Source: Phycisphaerae bacterium | Lineage (GTDB): Bacteria > Planctomycetota > Phycisphaerae > UBA1845 > Fen-1342 | Length of the DNA stretch: 64,000 bases | NCBI GenBank assembly: GCA_963675745.2 | Contig: CAXXWX010000001.1 | Span: 192,001 to 256,000, forward strand | Reading direction: 5' to 3' | Shown: positions 21,401 to 32,365 of the stretch, piece by piece | Numbering within the stretch: the first letter of the stretch is position 1 | How the letters are laid out: every line of letters starts with the position of its first letter | The notes under the pieces: generated by a model | Databases searched by the model: none | Seen by the model: the letters and a program-made list of their open reading frames with translations, nothing else | What the model was told of the DNA's origin: nothing | Translations under genes and position numbers: made by a program

Positions 21401-21722
21401 CTTCGAGATCGAGTACGACGGCGATATCACGTATGAGTGGCTCGAAATCACGGACGTGAACAACGCCTATTGGAACGGCCAGACCACGCTCGCCATCTTC
21501 GAGCGGCAGATTCCCGTCGACTACGAGCCGGTCGTCGGCGATCTGAATTGCGACGGCGCGGTCAACAACGGCGATATCGACCCGTTCGTGCTGGCAATCA
21601 CCGACCCGGCACAGTATCAGGCCGATTGGCCCAACTGCGATATCATGCTCGCCGATATCAACGGCGACGGCTTCGCCAACAACGGCGATATCGACGCTTT
21701 TGTGGCGCTGTTATCCGGCTGA
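18450..21722 (+). CDS. Secreted protein: PQQ-like beta-propeller, FN3, CARDB-like, HExxH metallopeptidase-like module, C-terminal dockerin-like domain
   Basis: Signal peptide. WQMQHRD..RTG and DGTVKWSYETG propeller motifs, YHYAVTAV, HEMSH (20922-20936), GDLNCDGAVNNGDIDPFV. Confidence 0.8.
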   Translation: MRVHAQSILILIALGAVLASADSWQMQHRDRERTGRSDFVVPASRMNDTFFDVIRWQKRTPNSPNEGNLGASSMVFFDGVGPGGANLVVCGYHWPKGVQGMDRHTGAYFWSGNPAGGESIGEFTPAFANYGTVVYVCNDATGSPGHPTMAFLANSGPDSFWHNGDNPNPNELSNGSPVIAPDGRIFRFAWNDRPYAAMDFGTTITHSWAAQSGGGVCFNSPALYRYTSGDLRVITSGRWGLIQSFLADDPNGTLAWSVATSRATDACPTVDPDNGNVYVAASNGSVWIIGVDRDGNPLWDAVNAYKLVYEWINGVNNTQSVGGAGCLSHDGATYYFQSHNAEGEGRLWAINTADGTVKWSYETGATGTGDGWRAAPIVTPNGVIIVGNNDGGAYYALSDDVTAATLLDTLVIEPNTSGIANAVATPTLSADGMLYIPARLTWMAGNGDGEIPTFNTQNLFNAFDINDGAVMDLPPPPGQLAKALNNAVDVSWRPISDPTGVFDHYAVYRELADFGSVSGLTPIDTVPDVATDHYRDETAVNGTTYHYAVTAVSTGGGETTVINALAPRTPYDEDDLQIISMSRLPRFPRYLPIYNVAAMTEPSGFGPYITSAAVSLDGGQDEFTQRWPELNDPVTYVATVRNAGTNPYNGTLGGTWELDGGVIATPSQVVALEPGDTVTFEIAVNWDDLLHDITFTLDVSDDHPENDTRYIGTKSVPFLTYVDASYIEDFREISTPEQPLSQTDDMLDWLWRHADRMNEMFDEAGSLKRVHYDVLAVTRDGDADPSIDRTPFAIFPFRYYYEHPYWDPRYPGYYADDDIDYGLCHEMSHQLGLIDLYRLDVHGQNNYVSGLTRWATDGLMRVVSHYYSENSAHAMDHWLHKAHGYYGQYLYYLPETVQLRIVGNAGQPIDGASIKVYQKCERPGLGEVITTQIKAQGVTDENGLWTIPNVPLDPDFAPQTYAGDLLRDNPFGYIAVTGTNGILHFEIEYDGDITYEWLEITDVNNAYWNGQTTLAIFERQIPVDYEPVVGDLNCDGAVNNGDIDPFVLAITDPAQYQADWPNCDIMLADINGDGFANNGDIDAFVALLSG

Positions 21723-21834
21723 TGATCGTCGGCTGAACTTGAGCCGACCGTGTCGCCCCCGGCGCGTGCTCGCGTCACGCGAGTGCCCCGGGAACGACAC
21801 GGTCGGCATATACGGTGGGACGGCCCGTTCACCC

Positions 21835-23409
21835 CTACCACGTCTGGCCGTACAGATCACCTTGCTCGGCGCCGGCCTGCATGAGTTGCAGCAATTCGTT
21901 CGCGAAATCAAGCTCGGCGTTCAGGGCCTCGTCCGCCAACGCCTCCGCCGTGTTGTCAAAGCGGGCGATGGCGTCTTCAAGTGTTGCGATCGCCGCTTCG
22001 GCATCAGTGCCGTACTGGTCAGCGGCGTCGGCCATCGCGGTCGTGAGCAGCGCGAGTGCGATCGTCTTGCGCACGCTCGCCTGCTGATACCACTCACCGT
22101 TGGCGTCCAGCTCTTCACCGGCATAGGCGACATCAATCGTCTCGGCGATCGGATCTCCGGCGGGAGTTTCGTAGCTCAGCTCGGCCGTGACCGCCATGCC
22201 GTCGAAACCGGCCCCGGCGCTGGGCACGAGCTGCATGAGCAGGGCGCCCTTGTTTTTGCTGAGGAACACGGTGGCAACGTCGAGGCCTGGAGCTTCGCCC
22301 GACTCGGCCGCCGGGAAGCCGTAGGCTTCACCGACCTCAAAGCCGGCGCTGGTCGTGAGTCGCACGTTGAGATCGTGCGCGATCGGGCTGACCAGCCAGG
22401 GCCAGTTGTCTTCCATCAGCGTGGTGACATCCTCGTAATCAAACAAGCTGAAGGCGTTACCGCCGCGCAGGTGGGCCATCGCGTTGAGCAGTTCCTGCCC
22501 GAGACCCACGCCGAAGGCCATGATGGTCATACCGATGTTCTCGTCGGCGCCGGCGGCGACCATTTGCTCGAATTCGCTGGGGGCGGTGCTGCCGACGTTG
22601 GGCTGCACGTCGGTAAAGAGCATGACGCGCGTCTCGGTGGTGTCGCCGGGCGCGGCGTTGGCTAGCTCATAGGCGCGCTGGACGCCGGCTTCGAGGTAGG
22701 TCGAGCCACCCTCGCCGAGGCCGTCGATGGCGCTGGTGATCAGCGCATCGCTGTCGCCCGGCGTGAGCTCCAGCGCCGTGGCAACTTCAGAGCCGAAGGT
22801 GACGATGGCAATGCGATCGTCGGGGCCGAGTTCGCCGGCGATGGCGCGCAACAGAGCCCGTGCCACCGTGCCGGGCGTGGGATACTCGGAGTCCTCGCTG
22901 CCATAGGGCCAACCCATCGAGCCTGAAACATCGACGCACGCGATGAGTGTCAGGCTGGGTCGGACGAACGTCTCCGGGTCGATGGTCGAGGACAGACCTA
23001 GCTGGAACCAGCCGGACGGATCGCCGGCGGCGTCGGGGACGATACCCAGCGCGCCGCGCACGCAAAGCTCGCGCTCGCAGGCGTCGCCGGTGAGGCCCAG
23101 GTCGTGCTCGGAGAACATGCCCTCGACGACAAACGCCTCGGCGGGCGGCACGCGGGCGTTATCGACGAGCTCGCGCGCCAGCCCCATGTCCTGGACGCCG
23201 CCCTGGGTAGCGCCGAATTCGCCGTCAAACGCGCCCGTGGGCCCGGCGTTGGCAAAGCCGCCACCACCGGGTGCCGCAGCGTCGAAGCCGGCTGGGCCAC
23301 CGACATTACTCAGTGTACCGACAGCCGGCAGACAGCCGATGATGGCCATTGTCAATGGGAGGATCGCAATTACGCAGCAGAACTTGAAAGGCCTGTGACG
23401 TCGAAGCAT
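21835..23409 (-). CDS. VWA domain lipoprotein (YfbK-like)
   Basis: Lipobox IIGC, DVSGSM MIDAS, GSTYLEAG, FTDVQPN. Confidence 0.8.
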   Translation of the reverse strand: MLRRHRPFKFCCVIAILPLTMAIIGCLPAVGTLSNVGGPAGFDAAAPGGGGFANAGPTGAFDGEFGATQGGVQDMGLARELVDNARVPPAEAFVVEGMFSEHDLGLTGDACERELCVRGALGIVPDAAGDPSGWFQLGLSSTIDPETFVRPSLTLIACVDVSGSMGWPYGSEDSEYPTPGTVARALLRAIAGELGPDDRIAIVTFGSEVATALELTPGDSDALITSAIDGLGEGGSTYLEAGVQRAYELANAAPGDTTETRVMLFTDVQPNVGSTAPSEFEQMVAAGADENIGMTIMAFGVGLGQELLNAMAHLRGGNAFSLFDYEDVTTLMEDNWPWLVSPIAHDLNVRLTTSAGFEVGEAYGFPAAESGEAPGLDVATVFLSKNKGALLMQLVPSAGAGFDGMAVTAELSYETPAGDPIAETIDVAYAGEELDANGEWYQQASVRKTIALALLTTAMADAADQYGTDAEAAIATLEDAIARFDNTAEALADEALNAELDFANELLQLMQAGAEQGDLYGQTW

Positions 23410-23436
23410 GGTGGACCCCTTGTTGAAAAGTTGGTG

Positions 23437-23630
23437 GAGTTCAGTGTTCAGAGGTTAGAGGTTAGAGGTTAGAGGTTAGAGTTCAGTAACAGCAACAACA
23501 GCGATCAGCTTTCGGCTTGAGCCCCAGGTGACGGTGGCCCGTTTCTGTTTCCGTTGCTGAAACCTGACCTCTGACCTCTACCCTCTGACCTCTGAACTCT
23601 GACCTCTGAACTCTGACCTCTGAACTCTGA
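23437..23630. repeat. Inverted heptamer tandem arrays: GAGGTTA/GAGTTCA-type x7 ... CTGACCT/CTGAACT-type x9-10
   Basis: Read directly. Left arm 23437-23485, right arm ~23557-23630, ~70 nt spacer. Confidence 0.9.
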
Positions 23631-23946
23631 AAACCCATCCCGCTCACGCGGCACATCGCCAAATGCTCACACCCATGGCAGTCTAGGACGCGCCCAGGTG
23701 CGATTCAACGCAAAACGTGTAAGAAAGTTCTCCGGCGCGCGAACTAATAAGTGGAGGGGTTCGCGCCGGTCGCCAGCGTCGCGCTGCGATAGACGATGAT
23801 CGCGCCGTCTTCGTATTCGATGGGCTCAACATGCGCCGCGCGGAAACCGCGCATTGCATCGACAACCATCGGCCAAGCTCGGCGCGGCGAAACCAGGTGA
23901 TCATCGCGCCGCCGGCTAAGCAGAAACCGGTGCGGCGAGCCGCACG

Positions 23947-25858
<1,912 letters not shown>

Positions 25859-25870
<12 letters not shown>

Positions 25871-25888
25871 AGTTCTGCATTCTGCATT
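25859..25888. repeat. Heptamer array (TCTGCAT-type) x4, 5' arm of the four-helix-bundle cassette
   Basis: tctgcat tcatagt tctgcat tctgcat. Reverse complement of the 25448 array. It contains the gene's ATG and abuts the atpG stop. Confidence 0.85.
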
Positions 25889-26768
25889 ACGATGCGATCG
25901 CTTCCGCTCCGCCCACGATGTCCAGCAGATCCATGGTGATCTGTGTTTGCCGCGCGCGGTTATAGCGCTGCGACAGGTATTTGATCATATCCCGCGCGGA
26001 ATCGGTCGCCGACTTCATCGCGACCATGCGCGCAACCTGCTCGCTGACGATCGAATCGTTGAAATACTGGTACAGCCGAACCTTCACCGTCTCCGGGATC
26101 AGACGCGCCAGCAATTCGGCCGGCGGCGGCGAGAACTCGAAATCAGCGGACGCGGTCCGCGACCCTTCTTCCGCCTCGCTCGTGGCCGGCGGCTCGATCG
26201 GCAACAGCCGCACAATCTCGGGTCGCTGCACACTCGTCGAGCAATAACGCGTGTAGGCAACGTCCACGCGCGCGATCGCACCGCGGGCATAGAGCTCCAT
26301 AAACCGATCGGCCATCTCCGCCACGCGCGCGTAAGCAATGCGGTCCTCAACATCAGTGACCTTGCGCGCCACGTCGATCCTGAGAAATCTGAAGTAGTTG
26401 ATGCCCTTCTTGCCAACCAGCTCCAATTCCGGCGCGAGACCTTCATCCACCGATGCCTGGCGATGCTCGAGCGCCCGGCGCAGGACGGCGGCATTGTACG
26501 CCCCGCACAACCCACGGTTCGACGTGATCACCAGCAGGACGCTGCTGTCAACGCCCTCATTCGGCTTGAGCAAGGCGTGCTCGACGGTGCCGGCCTGCGA
26601 GAGAGTCTGCACCATCTCGCCGATCGCCTGCGTATAAGGTTGGCCGGCCGTCGCGCGGCGCAGGCACTTCTGGTAACGCGCCGTCGCGATGAGCTGCATC
26701 GTCTGCGTGATCTTCTTGATGTTGGTGACCGCCTTGCGGCGTTTGACGATCGCGCGGGCCTTAGCCAT
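25887..26768 (-). CDS. atpG: F1 ATP synthase gamma subunit
   Basis: KITQTMQLIA, NRGLCGAYN, SEQVARMVAM, YNRARQTQIT. Confidence 0.97.
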   Translation of the reverse strand: MAKARAIVKRRKAVTNIKKITQTMQLIATARYQKCLRRATAGQPYTQAIGEMVQTLSQAGTVEHALLKPNEGVDSSVLLVITSNRGLCGAYNAAVLRRALEHRQASVDEGLAPELELVGKKGINYFRFLRIDVARKVTDVEDRIAYARVAEMADRFMELYARGAIARVDVAYTRYCSTSVQRPEIVRLLPIEPPATSEAEEGSRTASADFEFSPPPAELLARLIPETVKVRLYQYFNDSIVSEQVARMVAMKSATDSARDMIKYLSQRYNRARQTQITMDLLDIVGGAEAIAS

Positions 26769-26836
26769 ATCAAGCCTTCAAGGCTGGAAGCTCTAACCAG
26801 TCCACCGTGGCCTGGTTGTCACAGCACTGATCCCTC

Positions 26837-26906
26837 GTGGCACCGGTTTTCAACCGGTGACGGTCTTCAACCGGTGAACTCCACAGGTAACAAACCTGAG
26901 TCACAC
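26837..26906. repeat. REP-like palindrome, family A (GTGGCACCGGTTTTCAACCGGTGA)
   Basis: Internal palindrome caccggtt/aaccggtg. The same motif occurs at 30484-30580. Confidence 0.75.
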
Positions 26907-26969
26907 TTCGATTCCGGCCGAGGGTCACGCTAGGCCACAGCCCTCGGATACGCAGATTCCCGGCCCTCC

Positions 26970-28643
26970 CTACTCCGCCGGGCTCTCTTCCCGAAATCGC
27001 TTCTTGAAATTCGCGACGACCTCTTTCAGCTTGGCGTCGATCTCGTCGGTCATCTTCTTTTCAGTCGCCAGTTGTTCGCGCACTTCCGGGAACTCATCGC
27101 GGTAGTGCTTCAATAGACCCTCTTCAAACTCCGACACCCGGCTGAGCTTTATGTCGTCAAGGAAACCGCGGGCGCCGGCATGAATCGACAGAATCTGATC
27201 GATGATGTCCATGGGCTGATACTGCGGCTGCTTGAGCAACTCGACCATGCGGCGACCGCGGTCGAGCGATTTCTGCGTAGCGGCGTCCAACTCCGTACCA
27301 AGCTGGGCAAACGCCTCCAGCTCGCGATACGCCGCCAGGTCCAGGCGCAGCGACCCGGCGATCTTCTTCATCGCCGGTAGCTGGGCGTTGCCGCCAACGC
27401 GACTGACCGAGATGCCGACGTTGATGGCGGGGCGCACGCCGGCGAAGAACAGATCCGGCTCCAGGTAAATCTGCCCGTCGGTAATCGAAATCACGTTGGT
27501 GGGGATATACGCGGAGACCTCACCTTCGAGAGTTTCGATGACCGGTAAGGCCGTCAGACTCCCGCCCGAAGTCGGGTCGATGCGAATCTCGTGCGCGTCC
27601 TTGTCGGCCATGGCCGCGTGGTCTTGCTCGCAACGCTCTATGTCCTGATTGCCGACATAAACCGTGCCGTTGACGCCTTCGGCCGTGTCCGGCGGCGCGT
27701 CTTTCTTTACGATGACCCGGCGTTCGGCGAGTTTGCAGGAGCGCTCAAGCAGGCGGCTGTGCAGGTAAAACACGTCGCCGGGATAGGCCTCGCGGCCCGG
27801 AGGTCGCCGCAGGAGCAGGGACAACTGGCGATACGCGGCCGCTTGTTTCGAGAGATCGTCATAAACGCAGCAGGTGTGCCCGCCCCTCTCGTACATGAAA
27901 TACTCAGCCATCGCGCAGCCGGCGTACGGGGCGATGTACTGGAGCGGCGCCGAGTCGGCCGCCGATGCCGAAACCACAATCGTGTAGTCCATGGCGTCAT
28001 GCTTGCGCAGCGTCTCGACCATGGCCGCAACGGTCGATTCCTTTTGGCCGATCGCCACGTATACGCAGATCACGTCGCTGCCACGCTGGTTGATGATGGT
28101 GTCGATGGCGACGGCGGTCTTGCCGGTCTTGCGGTCACCGATGATCAACTCACGCTGCCCACGACCGATCGGGATCATGCTGTCGATGGCCTTGATACCG
28201 GTCTGAAGCGGCTGATTAACCGGCTGGCGTCCGGCAATGCCGGGCGCGTAGCTCTCAAGCGGACGGCGGTGCGGAGACTGGATCGGCCCCTTACCATCCA
28301 TCGGACGTCCGAGCGGATCGACCACGCGCCCGATCAGGGCGTCACCGACGGGCACACTGAGCAGCCGCCCCGTGGTCCGGACCTCGTCGCCCTCCTTGAT
28401 GTCGAGATAGTCGCCGAGCACGACCGCGCCGACCGAGTTTTCCTCCAGGTTGAACACCAGACCGACCGCACCGCTGCTGAATTCGAGCATCTCGCCGGCC
28501 ATCGCGCGGGCCAGGCCGTAGATCCGAGCGACGCCGTCGCCGACCTCGAGCACTTTGCCGACCTCGGAGACGTCCAGCGTGGTTTTGTACTGGGCGATCT
28601 CTTCCTTGATGATGCTGGCGATCTCGTCTGCCTGAATTCTCAT
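26970..28643 (-). CDS. atpA: F1 ATP synthase alpha subunit
   Basis: [44 protein letters not shown]. Start at MRIQADE after GAGG. Confidence 0.98.
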   Translation of the reverse strand: MRIQADEIASIIKEEIAQYKTTLDVSEVGKVLEVGDGVARIYGLARAMAGEMLEFSSGAVGLVFNLEENSVGAVVLGDYLDIKEGDEVRTTGRLLSVPVGDALIGRVVDPLGRPMDGKGPIQSPHRRPLESYAPGIAGRQPVNQPLQTGIKAIDSMIPIGRGQRELIIGDRKTGKTAVAIDTIINQRGSDVICVYVAIGQKESTVAAMVETLRKHDAMDYTIVVSASAADSAPLQYIAPYAGCAMAEYFMYERGGHTCCVYDDLSKQAAAYRQLSLLLRRPPGREAYPGDVFYLHSRLLERSCKLAERRVIVKKDAPPDTAEGVNGTVYVGNQDIERCEQDHAAMADKDAHEIRIDPTSGGSLTALPVIETLEGEVSAYIPTNVISITDGQIYLEPDLFFAGVRPAINVGISVSRVGGNAQLPAMKKIAGSLRLDLAAYRELEAFAQLGTELDAATQKSLDRGRRMVELLKQPQYQPMDIIDQILSIHAGARGFLDDIKLSRVSEFEEGLLKHYRDEFPEVREQLATEKKMTDEIDAKLKEVVANFKKRFREESPAE

Positions 28644-28662
28644 TGTTTCCTCACGCGCGGCG

Positions 28663-29250
28663 TTAGTCGCGAACACCGACCTCAAGTCCGCGATCACCCC
28701 GATCAGACAATTGCAGTTTCATGTCGTGGAGCTGGCGCCGTAGAGAATTGTCGTAACGCCAGTCACCGATTTGCAGGATCAGCCCGCCCAGCAGCTCCGA
28801 CTCGACCACAAAATCCATCAGCGGTTTCTTGCCGGATTTCTCGGCGGCAAGCTGCGTCACCGCGGCGCGCTGCGCGTCGGTAAGCGCCACGGCGCTGGTG
28901 GCCCTGGCCTCGATCTGGCCGGCGGCCTCTTCGAGCGCCAACACGTAGCTGCGCAAGAGCGCACGCAACAAGCCGCCGCGCCGGTGCCTGACCATCGCGA
29001 GCAGCGTGTTGAGCACCATGTCGCTGAGCTGGTTGCGGAAGATTCTCTCGAGCGAGGCGATCTGCTGATCGACGTCGAGCGCGACCGTCGCGAGAAACTC
29101 GGCGAATTCGGGATCAACCTCGGCCAGCCTGACCAGCTCCTCGAGTTCGGCGCGCACGTCCTCGACCCGGCTGGCTTCCCAGGCGAGCTCAAAGAGCGCC
29201 TCGGCGTATACGCCGGCGACGGCCATGCGTTCGTCGATCGTTGCGGCCAT
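28663..29250 (-). CDS. atpH: F1 ATP synthase delta subunit
   Basis: [31 protein letters not shown]. Operon position fits. Confidence 0.93.
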   Translation of the reverse strand: MAATIDERMAVAGVYAEALFELAWEASRVEDVRAELEELVRLAEVDPEFAEFLATVALDVDQQIASLERIFRNQLSDMVLNTLLAMVRHRRGGLLRALLRSYVLALEEAAGQIEARATSAVALTDAQRAAVTQLAAEKSGKKPLMDFVVESELLGGLILQIGDWRYDNSLRRQLHDMKLQLSDRGDRGLEVGVRD

Positions 29251-29298
29251 AACTCCTAACTCAACTCATCGTGGCGCTGGCGCCCTGCCATACGCCAC

Positions 29299-29919
29299 TC
29301 AATTAAAACGCGCTTCGTCCGAAGCGCGCATGCGCTCCAGTGATTCACGCACCAGATCCGCGTGATCCGCCGGCGACAGCTCTTTGCTGATCACGCTGCC
29401 GGCAACTCTGACCGCCACATCCGTGGTCATGTCATACAGCTTCTTGACCGCATCATCAGTGGCTATTTGAATCTCGCGCCTGGCTCGGTCGATCATCTGG
29501 TCGGCTTCCTGCTTGGCCTGTGCGTGGATCCGCTCACGCACCGCTTCGGCGTCGCGCTTGCCTTCCTCGACCAGCTCGGTCGCATCTTCACGCGCGCGGT
29601 CGATCTGCTCCTGGTACCTGGCCAGCAACTCGTCGGCCGCCTCGCGCTCGCGCTTGGCCTCAACCAGCGCGTTGTGGATCATGTCCTCACGCTGCTGGAG
29701 GACGTTAAGCACGGCCGGCCATGCGAACTTGCCCAGGAAGAAAACCACCAGGCCGAAGATGATGAGCGTGATCAGCGAATTGCCGATGTCGCTGCTGAGG
29801 AAGACGTCGGGATCCTCGCCGTGCGCCTGTCCTTCGGCGGCCACGACCGGCACGGCAAGTATCATGAGCGCGATGGCTGCACACTCGATACCGGACACGA
29901 AATTGAAGCGCTTTGACAC
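29299..29919 (-). CDS. atpF: Fo ATP synthase b subunit
   Basis: LIIFGLVVFFLGKFAWP followed by a coiled coil. GTG start after GGAGCAGG. Confidence 0.92.
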   Translation of the reverse strand: MSKRFNFVSGIECAAIALMILAVPVVAAEGQAHGEDPDVFLSSDIGNSLITLIIFGLVVFFLGKFAWPAVLNVLQQREDMIHNALVEAKREREAADELLARYQEQIDRAREDATELVEEGKRDAEAVRERIHAQAKQEADQMIDRARREIQIATDDAVKKLYDMTTDVAVRVAGSVISKELSPADHADLVRESLERMRASDEARFN

Positions 29920-29990
29920 GGACCTGCTCCGCACAATCGGCGGCGCCGCGGCAGCAACTCGGAGCTTGCGCGGCCCGCTCGTCTGCGTTC

Positions 29991-30341
29991 TCAGATTGCC
30001 AACAAGCACACCACCACGGCGAACAGCGTCGCACCTTCAATCATCGCCGCCGTGATCAACATCGCCGTGTTAATCGAGCCGGCGACCTCCGGTTGGCGCG
30101 CCATCGACTCGACAGCCGCGCCACCGATGCGGCCGATGCCGGCGGCACCACCCATGATGACCAGACCGGCACCGATACCGGCACCCACGCCACCAAACAC
30201 CTTCTCGGGCACCACGCTGGCACTGGCGGTTTCACCGTGCATCTCTTCTTCGTTTGGTTGAGCCAGGGCGGCGTCGGCGCCCATGATGCCGAAGCCAAAC
30301 AGTATCAGCGTCAAACCCACAATTGCTCGTGTTTTCTTCAT
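29991..30341 (-). CDS. atpE: Fo ATP synthase c subunit with N-terminal extension
   Basis: Gly-rich helix GIGAGL..GIGRIG, RQPE loop, IEGATLF ion-binding Glu. Confidence 0.95.
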   Translation of the reverse strand: MKKTRAIVGLTLILFGFGIMGADAALAQPNEEEMHGETASASVVPEKVFGGVGAGIGAGLVIMGGAAGIGRIGGAAVESMARQPEVAGSINTAMLITAAMIEGATLFAVVVCLLAI

Positions 30342-30483
30342 TGCAATGCGCCTTTCGTTTTGCCGCGTCATCCGGTGAGGTCGGAGACATTCTTGTCGAA
30401 TCTCGCCATCGCCTCTCAGCCTTGCGACCCGTTACCCCACTTACCGGGCATGGCGTTCGAACGCAGTTGTCAATACATCATTC

Positions 30484-30580
30484 GTGGCACCTGGAGGGTG
30501 GCACCGGTTCTCTGTGGCACCGGTTTTCTGTGGCACAGGTTTTCAACCGGTGAGACCACTGGTTGGAAACCAGTGCCACA
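30484..30580. repeat. REP-like cluster, family A
   Basis: Four gtggcac-initiated copies, then the inverted copy cactggttggaaaccagtgccac. Confidence 0.8.
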
Positions 30581-30595
30581 GCTATGGGATAGCCT

Positions 30596-31477
30596 CTAGT
30601 GTGCCGCATGTGCCGCTTCCTCCTCGTCATCGTGGTCATGGTGAATGCTCACGGCCATGCCGATGAACATGGCCGTCAGGAACGTGAAGATGAACGCCTG
30701 GAGGAAGGCGACGAATAGCTCAAGGAAGTTGATTGCGACACTACCCAGGATCACCGGAATCGAGATCAGCAACCCCCCACTGGTGCCCAGCGCGATCGTC
30801 GACATACTGACGAAACCCAGCAGGACGGCCAGCAAAATGTGTCCGGCGATCATGTTGGCAAATAGGCGCATGGCGAGCGCGAACGTCTTGGCCGCCAGGC
30901 CGACCACTTCGAGGATCGCGATAAACCACGCCAGATACCACGGGCCGATGAAGAAGTGCTTCACGTAATTCAGCCCGTGCAGGCGCAGCCCGTTATAGAC
31001 GATCATGAACAGCGTGCACAGCGCCAGCATGGCTGTCACGCAGATGTTGCCGGTTGATGTTCCGCCAATCGCGTGGCCGGGGATGAACGGCTTCGTCCAA
31101 TCCGCCAGCGGCAGCATCCCCAGCAGATTGCACGTCAGCACGAAGAAAAACGCCGACCAGATGTACGGGACGAACATATCCGTGTACTTGCCGAGGGCCG
31201 GCTCGGCGACATACTTCCGCAGCCCCTCGCAGAGACCCTCGATCGCGTTGCCAAAGCCGCGCGGCACGAGACGCCCGATGTCATCGGTTCCGCGGCGCAT
31301 CCGCACCGCCATCGGGATCAGCCAGATCAACAGCAGCATCGCGATGATCTGCATGAGAATATGATTGCTGAACAGCGTGAAGCTCTGGAATGGCCACGGC
31401 CCCCCCATGGGGACATCGATGATGCGATGCTGGACAACGTGATTGAGCGGGTTGTCGCTGGCCAACAGCAAGTCCAT
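30596..31477 (-). CDS. atpB: Fo ATP synthase a subunit
   Basis: NLLGMLP, ALAMRLFANMIAGH, ELFVAFLQAFIF. Confidence 0.97.
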   Translation of the reverse strand: MDLLLASDNPLNHVVQHRIIDVPMGGPWPFQSFTLFSNHILMQIIAMLLLIWLIPMAVRMRRGTDDIGRLVPRGFGNAIEGLCEGLRKYVAEPALGKYTDMFVPYIWSAFFFVLTCNLLGMLPLADWTKPFIPGHAIGGTSTGNICVTAMLALCTLFMIVYNGLRLHGLNYVKHFFIGPWYLAWFIAILEVVGLAAKTFALAMRLFANMIAGHILLAVLLGFVSMSTIALGTSGGLLISIPVILGSVAINFLELFVAFLQAFIFTFLTAMFIGMAVSIHHDHDDEEEAAHAAH

Positions 31478-31479
31478 TC

Positions 31480-31890
31480 TCAGGCTTCCCTCTCGAGCCG
31501 CTTGTAGAGCCAGGCCACCGCGCTGGTGTCAACGCCGAGCAACATAACGTACGAAATCGCTACCCAAATCAACAGCGGCTTGACCGCGATTTGGCCGCTG
31601 AGAGCGACCGCCGCCGTTAATAGGATAGTAGCGACCATCCGAATGGTCATCCCAAATAACAGCGCATTATGCCGCACGCGCGGCGGCTTGGGCAGTGAGG
31701 CCATGACGGGTATCAGGCCGACCAGCGTGGCAACGGCCCCGATCAGCAGGCCCACCAGCATCGCCCAGATGGCCGCCCGGCCGCCGACATTGATTGTCGG
31801 AAAATAGCCGACGGCACCCACCACGGCGACAGTCAACGCCGTGAGCAGCGCCAGGCCCGCATACGCTCGCATGGGGCTGATCTCACGCAT
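31480..31890 (-). CDS. AtpI-like 4-TM membrane protein
   Basis: Four hydrophobic segments, directly upstream of atpB. Start is inferred. Confidence 0.65.
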   Translation of the reverse strand: MREISPMRAYAGLALLTALTVAVVGAVGYFPTINVGGRAAIWAMLVGLLIGAVATLVGLIPVMASLPKPPRVRHNALLFGMTIRMVATILLTAAVALSGQIAVKPLLIWVAISYVMLLGVDTSAVAWLYKRLEREA

Positions 31891-32182
31891 GGTCGTCACT
31901 GTCGCTATCACGCCTGGCTGCGTCATCCTTGCTCGGCGGCGTCGTGAGCTTACTAAGCTGGATCGCTTGCCGGATGAAGTTGTAGAAACCGCCAATAACG
32001 CCAAGCACCGCACCGGTGAGCAGTCCGCGCGGTTCCGTACCATAGTGATAATCGACCCAATAGCCCACAAGAGTGAAGCCGATGACCGCGCCGCCCAGCT
32101 CAAGCCCCATCCCGGCGAACCGCAGCGACGGGGACGCTCGCCCCGGGCGTGCTCGATTCTCGCCACGCTTGGGCGCTGTCAC
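31883..32182 (-). CDS. AtpZ/AtpI family protein
   Basis: GLELGGAVIGFTLVGYWVD...G.EP.GLLTGAVLGVIGGFYN. GTG start after GGAGG. Confidence 0.85.
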   Translation of the reverse strand: MTAPKRGENRARPGRASPSLRFAGMGLELGGAVIGFTLVGYWVDYHYGTEPRGLLTGAVLGVIGGFYNFIRQAIQLSKLTTPPSKDDAARRDSDSDDHA

Positions 32183-32365
32183 ACCACCGCCTCCGCACAT
32201 TCGTCCCGGGCAGGGGCGCGAACTGTATAAGCGCGCGTGGGAATCGTCAAGCGCTGGCGACCGGACTGCCCGCCGCTTGAAAGCGCGCCCGCTGGCCTGC
32301 GCGATTGGGTTCGGATACAGTTGGCTCCCTGAAATGTGTCTACTCGCGAAAAGGGGCCAAAAGCA

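Noticed and set aside
23437..23630. Possible CRISPR array
   Set aside because: The units are 7-nt tandem repeats with no unique spacers, and there are no cas genes.
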